This document shows, in pieces, positions 36,971 to 50,619 of a stretch of 64,000 bases of DNA. The DNA comes from Macrostomum lignano (lineage: Eukaryota). Made by a program: the position numbers and the translations under genes. The notes beneath the pieces are model-generated. The model had not been told where the DNA came from and ran no database searches. It saw only the letters and a list, made by a program, of their open reading frames with translations. The first letter of the stretch is position 1. Every line of letters starts with the position of its first letter. The stretch lies in NCBI GenBank assembly GCA_002269645.1, contig NIVC01000438.1, positions 124,001-188,000 of the forward strand, in the 5' to 3' direction.

Positions 36971-38875
36971 ACTCTAACTGTCATTATGCCTAGCCGCCTT
37001 TGGTGAACAGATTTGCGAAACTTAATACTTTAAAAAACTTTTCTAGTTTACTTTTCAAAATACAGTTTTGTAAACAGTTTTTAATGCAGCTATATCAGAA
37101 TGGGGGCTTTTTAACTAACTGGCATCAAATTAACAGAAAGAAACGGTTGGTAATGCAATATGGCAAAACGGAAATTTCGACGAGCAAAAGTTACTATAGT
37201 TACTCTGATTTTAGAGAAATTTGTTCAACACTTATTCTTGCAGAAGCAATTTGCTCTTAAGATGTGCCGTTCCCTCCCCTCCAAGACACCCGGATTGGGA
37301 TGAAATTAGAAATATTGCCAAGAATTTTATATAATTGCCGTAATTGTAATTTTATTTCCACAAAAATTAATTAAATTGCAATTTGCTGTGCAATTCACTT
37401 GCAATTATTGCAATTTTACTCAAATGTTATACTTTCTACTTACAGTAGAATACTTTAAATATTAAATTGGACGAATTGCAATTTGATTGTGAATTTTTAC
37501 TTTCTAAATTTTGTGTTAGCTATAAAGGAAATGAGCCAATGACTATATATGTATGATAGCCTAATTTTGTAAAGATTTGTTTTAGCAACATTTTTAAGGA
37601 AAATGTTTATAATTTAGTTTATATCGCATGCTTGTCGAGATTGCAATTAAATTATAATTTGCTATAATTTTTGCAATGGAATTTTATTGTATTTTGCTGT
37701 GTTTGCTACTTCATTACGCCTTTATGTTTTTGTGTTCATGCTTTTGTAAATACTATATGCTCTCTGTATGTAAATTATAAATAAAAATTAAATAGTAAAA
37801 ATGTTTAAATAGGGAATTGCCCAATAGTGCCACAATAATTCACCCAATAATAAAATGCAGAGAAAAATGTTCTTTTGTTTATATTACTTTTTTCTTCAGG
37901 TAACTTCCCGAGTTCCCGAGTCTTAAAATTTTGATTATGTATGCACCATAGAGGTACTGCACGCGCATTGCGTGCTATAGACATTCATCTTCTATGCCTT
38001 ATCAGATCTTGACTAATCTTGTATCTTCTTGGAAGATATGGCCTCAAGAACTTGCATGATCCTGTGTCATCTTAGCAGATCTGGCCCGAAGATCTTGCAT
38101 GATCTGTTCAGAAGATCTGGTAAGAATTGACTATGTATTTCAATGGCGAAGATCTGCTGAGCTCTTGCAAGAACTTAGGGCGCAGTTCAAGTCAGATCTT
38201 GTAAGAAACCCCAAGCCAATTTCATCTAGGGCGTCATCGCGTCGGTGATGCTGGACTGTTTTGAGAGTCCTACATCATACAGATCAGAATGACGGGAGGT
38301 TAATAAAGAGTTGCCATATATGATCTTGTTACTTTTGGTCAGCGACATCAAAGAATTTCCTGTGCCTGTGTTGCTCCGTTCCGGCGCTGCAAAAATTTCA
38401 GCTCTCCCTTTGGTATTGATATACTGTTAATAAGTTAACTGCATGGCTCAAAATTTTGCAGGTAAATTTGTCGCTTTCGATAGTGTAGGATACAGCTACA
38501 TCCATTTTCGGCGTGTCAAAAGCTCGAGATTTCTTAGTCTCGAAAATTCATACCATGGAAAACTGACCCTATATGCAAGCTTCGTACATCGTCGTAAAAA
38601 CACCATCCCTCTAGTTTGAAGTTTTCGATCTTTCACATTTTGGAAGCAATTGTGAATTATGAAATCCTTGCTACTGAAACTTTGTGATTGTAGAGTTTAT
38701 AGTTTCGGCTAGATAGCTTGGAAGTTTTATTCTGTCCTCAAAGATTCGTAATTGGATTTTTTGAGGAAGTGATTCATGCAATTACTCATGCCAGGTTTTT
38801 GTTAAAGTGTAGTTTTTGTTTTCCTGGAAAAACAGTTTAAAGTCGCTAAAAAAGAAAGTTAATTCAACGGCAGTC

Positions 38876-38891
38876 CACGTGACATCACGTG
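38876..38891. promoter_or_regulatory. Two CACGTG E-boxes 10 bp apart, a possible promoter element upstream of Claspin
   Basis: CACGTGACATCACGTG is seen directly. Function is unproven. Confidence 0.25.
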
Positions 38892-41683
38892 TGTAATCGG
38901 GAGCTGTTAGGCCCTACTGGTTAGCTAATAGCTAGTGCTAGTAAAAAGTACGGAAAGTAGCAATATATCAAAGGCAATTTTCCCACTCTATTCTTTCTTT
39001 ATTGCTTACAGGATAACGCAGGATTAGGCTTAGTTGAAGAGTGAAGACAGCAAGTAGTAGACCCTAAAGCATGAAGATCACAGGATACAGAAGATAAAGT
39101 TATAGCCTATTATAATTAAAGTTGTAAATATTCCAAGTAGGATCCAGATCTGGATATTTTTCCTAACCCAGAAAATGTTTCATCTAAGAAAATTCTAGGA
39201 CCTGCATCCAATTTGTCTGCTAGAGCCTAGAATAAGTTGTTTCGTCTGCCTGCAGACAAAAAGGCAATAGATAAAATCATTGCACACCAAGAAATTTTGT
39301 CTGATTACCTAATAATAATAAGCCTAATTGCCTAAAGAGTAACGACCCCTAATAAAGTTTTAGGTTAATAAAAATAACCTGAAGTGTAAATAAAGTCATA
39401 CTCATATGTTGCAACAAGATTTTAAAAGTTTAATTTTTTAGTACTAGGGCTAGTTTTTTAACCTATTTTTATCCCATTTAATAATTCTCATTTGTCTTGA
39501 GTGGAAAGACACCTTGCTCTTAAGAAGTGGTCAAGTAATAAAAAGTTGTAACACTTTATCTCAATTCTTCTAAATGTTTCATCAACTTTTATATTTGTAA
39601 AATTTTGTCTAACTCTAAGCTCTACTCTCTAGTAGTAATAGGGCCTAGCCTAAGCTGTTAAGTATTGTCTGACTGCTGTATTCATGTAATAATATTTTTT
39701 CTTAAAAACTATTTTTTAATAAATATTTCCATATAACTTTGTTCAATAAATTATTGTCATATATTATTTTTAGTTTTTTTATTTTTATCCACAAAAAATC
39801 CAGAAAATTTAAATGGGGTAGAGGCATAGGTACCAATTGCTAAGGTATATAAATAGGCCTATGTATAGCCATAGTCTATCATGTACATGTGTTTTCCATA
39901 AAAAATTCTAACTTTATAAGACCTGCCCTATGCACCTCTCCCCTAAATTTGCTACTTTTTAGGCTATTTTTGTTTATTATATTGATTAATTAGGCCTATA
40001 TCTAATATAGCTAAAACAGCAAAAAACTTAAAAATATCCAAAATAAACCTCACACATAAAATGTAGGCCCTATCATAGACAGGATTCTAGAATCTAGGCC
40101 TAGTCATTGCATTTGCAATCCATTTTTTAACTCACAAGTAGGCTAAGTTGATTCCATCTAAAAAGTAAAGAAAATAAGTTAATATAGTTTATCAAATATT
40201 TATAAAATTATTCAAATATTTGTAAGCAATGGATATATTTTGTTTTTTATAGATAGGGGCATTCATTTTGCTCTTTATTAAATGAATCTTTTCTACTAAC
40301 TAGGTTTTTTATGGATTGTATATTGATTAATGTACAGGCCTATGTAACTTTTTCACTAATTCAAAAGAAATAAAAAGTTTTTTTGTAAAAGAATGAAATA
40401 AAGTAGCTTCAAATTTAGAAATATTATCAAAATGATAAAATAGAAATGTCATGTCATTTATAATGGCTTTTATTATTATTTTGCAAAATTAAAGTTTTAT
40501 TAAAAATTAGTCTATCTATAATAGGCCTAGTATAAGTAGTTTTTAATATATATATAATATAAGGCAAATAATAACAAAATTTGTAGTTTAGATTATAGAA
40601 ATGCATGTCTAATTTAATGCTATTGGTGAACAAGTTGGTAGCAGACAGATTACTAGTAGATTAGCTTATAGACTTATTACATGTATTTTTGGCAGACAAG
40701 TTAGTGGCAAACAAAGTGACTAAAACCTTTATAGACATATCAATAGGCTCTCTACTATATAGTTGAAGAATTTATATACTATATAGTTGAAGAGAGTTAA
40801 AGTTATTTTATTTTTCTTTAACATAAGCCCTAGACAAAATTCAACATATTAAAATTTGTTTCTCAATTAAGCAACAAAGCTTAAAAAGCTAACCTGTTGA
40901 AAAAGTTGAAAAATTAATAAATTTGGCTAAGATTGAAATATATCTAATATATAAGAACTGAGAAAAAGTTCTATAGTTTTTATTTTAGTGTTAAAATGTA
41001 CCATCTTCAATTAAAAAATCTTTTTAAAGCAATTTTATATTTTAGTAAGCCTTTGAATAACAATATAAGCTTGTTATTATCCAAACAAAAGCCAGATATA
41101 TCTTATGAAAACTTTTTACCTTTTTCCAATTTATATTTGCTTCTTATTCTTTACAATTTCATTGAAACTTTTAGCCCTATTTATTTGCTAAAAACCTTTT
41201 GTTTAAATTTGAATTGTATATTCATATTGGTATGCCTTAAGTTATGGAACTCAATTGGGTAAAATTAAGTATTTGTCTATTGTTAGTCATAGATAAAGTT
41301 AAATAGAATTCTAATTGAATTTTTAACCAATAGGAAATCAACAATTAATGAATAAATTGGATTTTAAAGTAGCATATGAAATTAGCAAATGAATGGTTAT
41401 TACCCTATATAATAGTCTACCTCTGTCTAAAGACTGCCAATGTTTATTAATATAGCAGTCATCTGAGTATAAAACTCGTATTTATAGCTTTAATGGAGGT
41501 TTTAGAGACTTAGAATATTGTTTAAGCTTGGTTAAATATACTAAGAAATTTATCATTGATGCTAGCTCAACAGTTTCTCGATTCTCAACAATATCATCTT
41601 AATATCTTCAGCTATAAGCTTGAATTCAAGCCTAGTTAAATGAATTCATGCAGACATATCATCAATCATTGCAGTTAATCAAA

Positions 41684-44600
41684 ATGGACAATCCATCAAC
41701 TGAGCAAGTTGATGCTGGTATTGACACCACTGCTACTGAATCAAAGGAGACTGAGGAGACTACAAAACCAAAAGGTACCGAGGCTGCTTTATCTCGCCGG
41801 CGCGCTTTGCTAGCCAATTTAGCAGCTAAAATGCCGCCTCCTAAGCTCAGCGCAGGCGATGCTGATGGCTTCATTGATCTGACTTCTCCGTCGAAGGAGT
41901 CGACAAAATCTTCTGCAGTAGCGCCAATAGCGGACCCCGAAGCCAGGGCTAAGGCTGAGTTTAAGCGCCGGTTTGAAAGGCATGCGGCTGTGCCCAACGA
42001 CCCAAGGAAACTGATGCACTCGCAGTCTAAGGATTTTGAAGTGAGCTTGTTGTCATGGATGCTTCTTTGATTGTGGTAATATCCTTATAGTGTGACATTG
42101 TGATATTCAGAAATTCTGCCAACAACAAACAACAAACAAATCAGTGTGACAACCTGGTAGTGTGACAATCTGTCGGTGTGACAACCTGGCAGTGTGACAA
42201 TCTGTCGGTGTGACAACCTGGCAGTGTGACAATCTGTCAGTGTGACAATCTGTCAGTGTGACAATCTGTCAGTTTGACAATCTGTCAGTTTGACAACCTG
42301 GCAGTGTGACAACCTGGCAGTGTGACAATCTGTCAGTTTGACAACCTGGCAGTGTGACAATCTGACAGTGTGACAATCTGGCAGTGTGACAACCTGGCAG
42401 TGGGACAATCTGACAGTGTGAGTGTGACAATCGGCAGTGTGACAATCGGCAGTGTGACAATCGGCAGTGTGACAATCGGCAGTGTGACAATCTGTTGGTG
42501 TGACAATCTGTTGGTGTGACAACCTGGCAGTGTGATAATCTGGTAGAGTGACAATCTGGCAGTGTGACAATCTGTCAGTTTGACAGTCTGGTAGTGTGAC
42601 AACCTGGTAGTGTGACAATCTGTCGGTGTGACAACCTGGCAGTGTGACAATCTGTCGGTGTGACAACCTGGCAGTGTGACAATCTGTCAGTGTGACAATC
42701 TGACAGTGTGAGTGTGACAATCGGCAGTGTGACAATCGGCAGTGTGACAATCTGTTGGTGTGACAATCTGTTGGTGTGACAACCTGGCAGTGTGATAATC
42801 TGGTAGAGTGACAATCTGGTAGCGTGACAATCTGACAGTGTGACAACCTGGCAGTGTGACAACCTGGCAGTGTGACAATCTGGCAGTGTGACAACCTGGC
42901 AGTGTGACAATCTGACAGTGTGACAATCTGACAGTGTAATAATCTGATAGAGTGACAATCTGGTAGCGTGACAATCTGTTAGTGTGACAATCTGGCAGTG
43001 TGACAACCTGGCAGTGGGACAATCTGACAGTGTGACAATCGGCAGTGTGACAATCTGTTGGTGTGACAATCTGTTGGTGTGACAACCTGGCAGTGTGAAA
43101 ATCTGTTGGTGTGACAATCTGGCAGTGTGACAACCTGGCAGTGGGACAATCTGACAGTGTGACAATCGGCAGTGTGACAATCTGTTGGTGTGACAATCTG
43201 TTGGTGTGGCAACCTGGCAGTGTGACAATCTGTTGGTGTGACAACCTGGCAGTGTGAAAATCTGTTGGTGTGACAATCTGGCAGTGTGACAACCTGGCAG
43301 TGGGACAATCTGACAGTGTGACAATCGGCAGTGTGACAATCTGTTGGTGTGACAATCTGTTGGTGTGGCAACCTGGCAGTGTGACAATCTGTTGGTGTGA
43401 CAACCTGGCAGTGTGAAAATCTGTTGGTGTGACAATCTGTTGGTGTGACAACCTGGCAGTGTGATAATCTGGTAGAGTGACAATCTGGTAGCGTGACAAT
43501 CTGACAGTGTGACAACCTGGCAGTGTGACAACCTGGCAGTGTGACAACCTGGCAGTGTGACAATCTGGCAGTGTGACAACCTGGCAGTGTGACAATCTGA
43601 CAGTGTGACAATCTGACAGTGTGACAATCTGACAGTGTGACAGTCTGGCAGTGTGACAATCTGGCAGTGTGACAACCTGGCAGTGTGACAATCTGACAGT
43701 GTGACAACCTGATAGTATGTCACACCAAGTCAGTGCCCGATCTCCCCCCAGTGTCACTTATGTCACACCCTTCCCCTCTCAACCAACAGCTGTCAATCAT
43801 GCGCCTGGTGTCGCAGGACGACAGCGAGCAGCAGCCGGACAGTCAGAAAGCTGTCGGTGCAGCAACAGAAGCCAGCAGCACTTCGTCAGCTGTGACAAAG
43901 CCAGCCCCATTGCGAGTTGAATGTCAGACGGTGAAGTACCACCAGGCGGCTGACAGGGACTCGTTGCCAAGCGCCTGCAGTCGGCAGGCTTTCAACGAAT
44001 TTCGCGCAAACCTAATGAAGAAGGCGGTCCGTCAGGGTGTGCAAAGCCTCGAAGAGCGCTACAGACGATATGAAGAATTTAAAAAAGAGAATGAACAGAA
44101 AAGTTCGGAGAAAGACGTCGACAAAAGTAGACATTCGAAATCTGGCGTAGTCAATGACGAGGATGAAAGTGATGAAGAATACGAGCCGAGCAATTCAGAT
44201 TCGAGTAGTGGTTCGGATTCCTCAGATTCTGAGGCTGAAGAGGCTGTGGACGATAATAAAACTGAAGAGCCTGACTGTCTTCAAGAAGAAGCAGAAGAAA
44301 CTTCTAACCAAGATACAAATCCGGCAGAGGTATTCTCACAGGACTCTCAGGTCGATCTGTTTTCTAATAGCAATACGGCCGGATCTGCTTCGATCTTTGG
44401 ACGGTCGGCCACTTCAATGACCGCTGCTACCGCTGCGGGTGCCGCGCTGCTGGGCGGTCAGCGGCTGCCGAGTCAGCTGCCTGACACACCGCAGCCCACC
44501 CAGTACCAGCGGGTAATGCTATTGATGTGCTCTGCGATTTCTGCTGGCTTGTTTGGTGTCCGTGTCCGTCCGTATCTACCCATGTGTCCGTATCTACCCA

Positions 44601-47600
44601 TGTGTCTTTATCTACCCATGTGTCTTTATCTACCCATGTGTCTTTATCTACCCATGTGTCTTTATCTACCCATGTGTCTTTATCTACCCATGTGTCTTTA
44701 TCTACCCATGTGTCCGTATCTACCCATGTGTCCGTATCTACCCATGTCTTTATCTACCCATGTGTCCGTATCTACCCATGTGTCTTTATCTACCCATGTG
44801 TCTTTATCTACCCATTTGTCTTTATCTACCCATGTGTCTTTATCTACCCATGTGTCCGTATCTACCCATGTGTCCGTATCTACCCATGTCTTTATCTACC
44901 CATGTGTCCGTATCTACCCATGTGTCTTTATCTACCCATGTGTCCGTATCTACCCATGTGTCTTTATCTACCCATGTGTCTTTATCTACCCATGTGTCTT
45001 TATCTACCCATGTGTCTTTATCTACCCATGTGTCTTTATCTACCCATGTGTCCGTATCTATCTACCCATGTGTCTTTATCTACCCATGTGTCTTTATCTA
45101 CCCATGTGTCCGTATCTACCCATGTGTCCGTATCTACCCATGTCTTTATCTACCCATGTGTCCGTATCTACCCATGTGTCTTTATCTACCCATGTGTCCG
45201 TATCTACCCATCTGTCCGTATCTACCCATGTGTCCGTATCTATCCATGTGTCCGTATCTACCCATCTGTCCGTATCTACCCATGTGTCCGTATCTATCCA
45301 TGTGTCCGTGGGTAGATACGGACATGTGTCTAGCCATGTCTTTTTATCTACCCATGTCCCTTATCTATTAATGTACACTCTTTCCTGCACCTTTGTTTCC
45401 ACACATCACTGTTTAATCCTTATTGCATTGATTTGTCAATCACCATGTCCTTAGTCTCCCCTGTAACAATTTAATAATTGTGTATCTGTTGTCTTCATCT
45501 TAGAACAAAGATTTAAACCACTCTCCTTTGTCCCATCCGTCTATCTTGCAGGAACTATCCACCAGCGACGATTGGTTCAGGTAACTGCTGACCATTTGTT
45601 GATTTGATTAATGAAATCTTTTTTCTTTTAATCTATAAAACCCATTTGTGAATTCGTTCCAGCACCCAGGAGCTTCAGCAGGACGCATTGGTTCAATCGC
45701 AGCTTCATTTCGACAATTCCCAATCAGCTACGGGGGGCGCATCAGGGTTGCCTTCATCGTCTGTGGGAGCATTTCCCAGTTTCACACCGCTAGCCGCAGA
45801 GGGCGATAAGGTTGGAACTTGTAATAACAATAATTCTAGTAACGCCTTTCAGGACTTCATCACCCAGGCACCGTTAGTAGCTGCTAAAGCGGTTAAACCG
45901 CAGAATGAGTTTCCCGACTGCGTCACGCAGACTGAACCGGCCAGACTCACCCAGAATGAAGACGGTATCGATGTAGCAGCCTATGGCATTGTTGATGAAA
46001 GCGTTGACAATTCGGCTGACGATGATTTAGCTAAAGCCTTGATGCTTAGCGGAGTTGTTAATCCAGATAGTCAAGATGACGCTTTGCAAGAGATGCCAGC
46101 AACTGTTAGGTCTGCAAAATCTTCCTCGTTTTCGGCGATGACGAGTAAACACGACGTTAATTCCGAAGATAAATCCGACAATAATTCCGGACAAAAGCCG
46201 GACGAAAGTTCCAATGACGAAGCTGCCAGTCATTTTAACGATAATTTCGAAGAAACATCCAACGATAAATCCAGAGAAGATTCCGACGAAAAATTCGACA
46301 AAAAATCCGGAAAAAATTCCAACGAAAAATCCGGAAAAACTTCCAACGAAAAATCCGGAAAAACTTCCGACGATAAATCCGGAAAAAATTCCAACGATAA
46401 ATCCGGAAAAAATTCCAATGATAAATCCGGAAAAGATTCTGACGAAAAATCCGGAAAAAATTCTAACGATAAATCCGGAAAAACTTCCAACGATAAATCC
46501 GGAAAAACTTCCGACGATAAATCCGGAAAAGATTCTAAGGATAAATCTGAGATATCAGATAATGATGACGACGAAAACCAGGACGAAGATGACGAAGAAA
46601 TAGGCATTCAGAAGCTGCGCAATAAAATCCAGACGCGTCAGTTCATAGTTGGCAGCGATGAGGAAGACGAAGATGAAGGAAGCGACGAAGCTGATGAGGA
46701 ATCCGATGATGACGGAGATGCCAAATCTTCTGATAATGAAGAAGAAGAAGAAAGCGAAGACAACAATGAGGGCGATGAAGATGAAGAGAGAGCGGCAGAC
46801 AGCGCCGATGACAATATCAAGTCCGATTCTCGCAAGCGTCGGCTTCGCCAGCGCGACTTTCTTGAAGAAGAAGCCGAACTGAGCGGCTCAGATGACGGCG
46901 GGGCTGACGATGTTGACAATCCCGAAGATGGCGACTCGCTGGATCAAGCTCTGGCCGCCGAGCTCGAAGGCATGATCGACGACGATGAAGATGCGCTGGG
47001 CGGCAGGTCGAAGGTTCGACGTCAGGTCGCTCGAATCCAGCACGCCATGGAGACCGACGAGGATCGTCGCCGGCTGGACCAGCTGAAGGAGCTGCTGCTG
47101 CCAGACGGCGAGCTCGCCGACGAATCCGACGCCGATGGCGGCGTCAGGAAGTGGCGATTCAACCGGTGGAAGGAGCTGCAGGAGCGGCGCGACGCCGCTG
47201 AGGCTGCGGCCAGAGCCGGCCTGGAGGACGCCTGCTGGGGCGACGGCGAGGACGAGGAGCAGCGAAGGCGAGAGGAGGAGGAACAGGAGGCCGAGGCCAG
47301 GGCCGAGCAGGTGATGATTCGCGGTTAGATGGGGTATTTCTGTCATTAGATGGGGTATTTCTGTCATTAGATGGGGTCTTTCTGTCATTAGATGGGGTAT
47401 TTCTGTCATTAGATGGGTGGTATTTCTGTCATTAGATGGGTGGTATTTCTGTCATTAGATGGGATATTACTGTCATTAGATGGGTATTTCTGTCATTAGA
47501 TGGGGTATTTCTGTCATTAGATTGTGTATTTTTGTCATTAGATAGGGTATTTCTGTAATTAGGTGGGTGGTATTTCTGTCATTAGATAGGGTCTATCTGT

Positions 47601-48702
47601 CATTAGATAGGGTATTTTTGTCATTAGATGGGTGGTATTTCTGTCATTAGATAGGGTCTATCTGTCATTAGATGGGGTATTTTTGTCATCAAATGGGGTA
47701 TTTCTGTAATTAGATGAGGTATTTTTGTCATTAGATGGGGTATTTTTGTCATTAGATGAGGTATTTTTGTCATTAGATGAGGTATTTCTGTCATTAGATG
47801 GGGTATTTCTGCCATTAGATGGGGTATTTTTTGTTCTAGATTAAGACTCCGTTCCCTATATCCGTTAATCCGCTAATCCGCTTCGCCAGGCCCTTCGAAT
47901 TGAGCGGCACAAACGCGAGAAATTTCTGGAAGAGCAGGAGCAGCAACAGCAGCACCGGCTCATGCTGCAGCTGGCCGCCCAGGAGTCTCAGAGCGGCCTG
48001 TCCATCACTGCTCAGCATCCCAATCAGCATCATCAGCATCTCCTAGAAGACAGCAGTTCGCAGCAATCGCAGTTCTTTCGCGACATGCACGCTCGGGTGC
48101 TGAAAGAGACTTCAAACAGCGCCAGCAAAAGCATTGCTGGTCAGATGCTGCCGCCCAAGACCCGACCTGTTGTTCAGCAGAAGCAGCAACAGCAAAAGCA
48201 ACAACAGCAGCAACCAGATTGTTCCGCGTCGCTTAACAAACGCAAAAATTTTGCTCCAATAAAGCGCAGCGGCTCGTTTCTAACCAGAAGTCGAGACAGT
48301 TCCGCCTCGCTGCGTCAGCTGGTTGCCAAGTCAGCCGGCAGCGGCGGCGGCGGCGACAGCGGCCTCAAGGCAGCCGTGGCGGCTGCCGCTGAAAGCAAAG
48401 TGAAGTCTTCAACCGGAGTGGCCTGCTTCTCGGTGCAGAGTCGCAAGTCTGCCAGCAATAATAACACTAATACTACTGATAGTAGCGGCAGGAAACGCGT
48501 CAGTGGCTTGACTGGGCCCGTTGCTAATGGCAACGAGCCGGCGGCTAAAAAACTTCGACAGACTGCCGGCAGCGGCGGCTTGGCGGCATCTCCGGTGCAG
48601 CAGCGGAGGTCGTCGATTTTGTCGAATTTCTATGCCGTTAACAATGCGGCTGCCGCGGCTGCTGCGGCTGCGGCCGCTGCTGCTGTTGAAGAGCAGTCTT
48701 GA
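41684..48702 (+). CDS. CLSPN: Claspin (replication checkpoint mediator, Mrc1-like), ~1189 aa; exons 41684-42040, 43790-44512, 45552-45580, 45663-47310, 47890-48702
   Basis: All four introns are GT-AG and phase-consistent (3570 nt). Motifs match Claspin: EFKRRFERHA, FNEFRANL...EERYRRYEEFKKENE, FLEEEAELSGSD, DEDRRRLDQLKELLLPDGEL..RKWRF, and RIERHKREKFL. Further 5' exons cannot be excluded. Confidence 0.87.
42140..43710. repeat. Intronic ~16-bp minisatellite (GTGTGACAATCTGGCA)n
   Basis: Fills Claspin intron 1. Confidence 0.97.
44568..45305. repeat. Intronic 18-bp minisatellite (TATCTACCCATGTGTC[TT/CG])n
   Basis: Fills Claspin intron 2. Confidence 0.97.
46255..46540 (+). repeat. 24-bp coding repeat (SNDKSGKN/T)n inside the Claspin exon
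   Basis: The AACGATAAATCCGGAAAAAATTCC-type unit recurs about 10 times in frame. Confidence 0.9.
47325..47830. repeat. Intronic ~21-bp minisatellite (CTGTCATTAGATGGGGTATTT)n
   Basis: Fills Claspin intron 4. Confidence 0.96.
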
Positions 48703-48829
48703 CTTCGGCTTGTCTGCAGTGACTGCTGAGTTGCCGTCTTTTTTCTGTAGCTTACTGTCACCTTTGTCTGTATTTGGCTGTAACTTATTATCTGTCTCTA
48801 ATGATTGTATGTATCTTGGCTGTAAGCGA

Positions 48830-50105
48830 TTGTTTCTGGCTGTTGTAAGTGACTGTATCTTGGCTGTAAGTGACTGTATCTTGGCTGTAAGTGACTGTAT
48901 CCTGGCTGTAAGTGACTGTATCTTGGCTGTAAGTGACTGTATCTTGGCTGTAAGTGACTGTATCTTGGCTGTAAGTGACTGTATCTGGCCGTAACTGACT
49001 GTCTTGGCTGTAATTGACTGTATCTGGCTGTAAGTGACTGTACTGGCTGTAAGTGACTGTATCTGGCTGTAATTGACTGTATCTGGCTGTAAGTGACTGT
49101 ATCTGGCTGTAATTGACTTTCTTGGCTGTAATTGTCTGTATCTGGCCGTAACTGACTGTATCTTGGCTGTAAGTGACTGTATCTTGACTGTAACTGACTG
49201 TATCTTGGCTGTAAGTGACTGTATCTTGACTGTAACTGACTGTATCTTGGCTGTAAGTGACTGTATCTTGACTGTAACTGACTGTATCTTGGCTGAAAGT
49301 GACTGTATCTTGGCTTTAATTGACTGTATCTTGGCTGTAATTGACTGTATCTGGCCGTAACTGACTGTCTTGGCTGTAATTGACTGTATCTGGCTGTAAG
49401 TGACTGTACTGGCTGTAAGTGACTGTATCTGGCTGTAATTGACTGTATCTGGCTGTAAGTGACTGTATCTGGCTGTAATTGACTTTCTTGGCTGTAATTG
49501 TCTGTATCTGGCCGTAACTGACTGTATCTTGGCTGTAAGTGACTGTATCTTGACTGTAACTGACTGTATCTTGGCTGTAAGTGACTGTATCTTGACTGTA
49601 ACTGACTGTATCTTGGCTGTAAGTGACTGTATCTTGACTGTAACTGACTGTATCTTGGCTGTAAGTGACTGTATCTTGGCTTTAATTGACTGTATCTTGG
49701 CTGTAATTGACTGTATCTGGCCGTAACTGACTGTCTTGGCTGTAATTGACTGTATCAGGCTGTAAGTGACTGTACTGGCTGTAAGTGACTGTATCTGGCT
49801 GTAATTGACTGTATCTGGCTGTAAGTGACTGTATCTGGCTGTAATTGACTTTCTTGGCTGTAATTGTCTGTATCTGGCCGTAAGTGACTGCATCTTAGCT
49901 GTAATTGACTTTCTTGGCTGTAATTGTCTGTATCTGGCCGTAAGTGACTGCATCTTGGCTGTAATTGGCTGTAATTGACTGTATCTGGCTGTAATTGACT
50001 GTATCTGGCTGTAAGTGACTGTATCTGGCTGTAAGTGACTGTATCTGGCTGTAAGTGACTGTATCTGGCTGTAAGTGACTGTATCTGGCTGTAAGTGACT
50101 GTAAC
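48830..50105. repeat. ~20-21-bp minisatellite (GACTGTATCT(T)GGCTGTAAGT)n with a higher-order ~366-bp duplication
   Basis: Directly visible. The ORFs at 49163 and 49529 are near-identical. Confidence 0.96.
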
Positions 50106-50619
50106 TGTGTGAAGTGTTACACTGTCGGTCAATTTTGTGAAAGCATTTTAAACATATTGCATATTTATAACTTTCCTATGCTTTTAATGAGGGAAAGCCG
50201 GTAAATGTTTACAAATATTCACTTCATTTTTCCAAGTTTATACTGCATTGTAATATTGCATCATTACATTAGTAGTTTCTCAACGTTACTACTTGCAGTT
50301 AGCAAGTATCGTTAGTATGTATTCATTATTTAACGTTTCATAAGTCTTGGATTAAAATTGTAAAGCCTACTTATTAAACAGTAAGCAAGTTTTAATCCAT
50401 TAAAAATATTGGTGCTTTTCGGTTTCAATTCAGCATTAACTAATTAGCATTTTCTTTTAGATTCCATGTCAGCTGATAACTCTCTTCTCCAATTGTATAT
50501 ATAAATATCTATTTTCATGTTTCTGTTTTAATAATTACTTGCAATACATGATTACTGCTATTTACTTCTACCAGCACTTTGTGCACCTTGCAACAGTTTA
50601 GTTGCTAACTAAATATTGG

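Larger units (their letters stand above)
32439..38231. mobile_element. Probable CMC/EnSpm-like DNA transposon remnant
   Basis: A 10-bp TIR CCCTAGATGA / TCATCTAGGG, with many AGATCT-core subterminal repeats at both ends. The internal ORF remnant 35901-36353 resembles the C-terminus of animal EnSpm-like transposases. No clear TSD was found. Confidence 0.45.

Noticed and set aside
38232-38430. Open minus-strand frame (YINTKGRAEIFAAP...DAMTP) after an acceptor-like site, abutting the CCC element end
   Set aside because: Short, with no recognisable homology and no continuation on the other side of the element. Support is insufficient.
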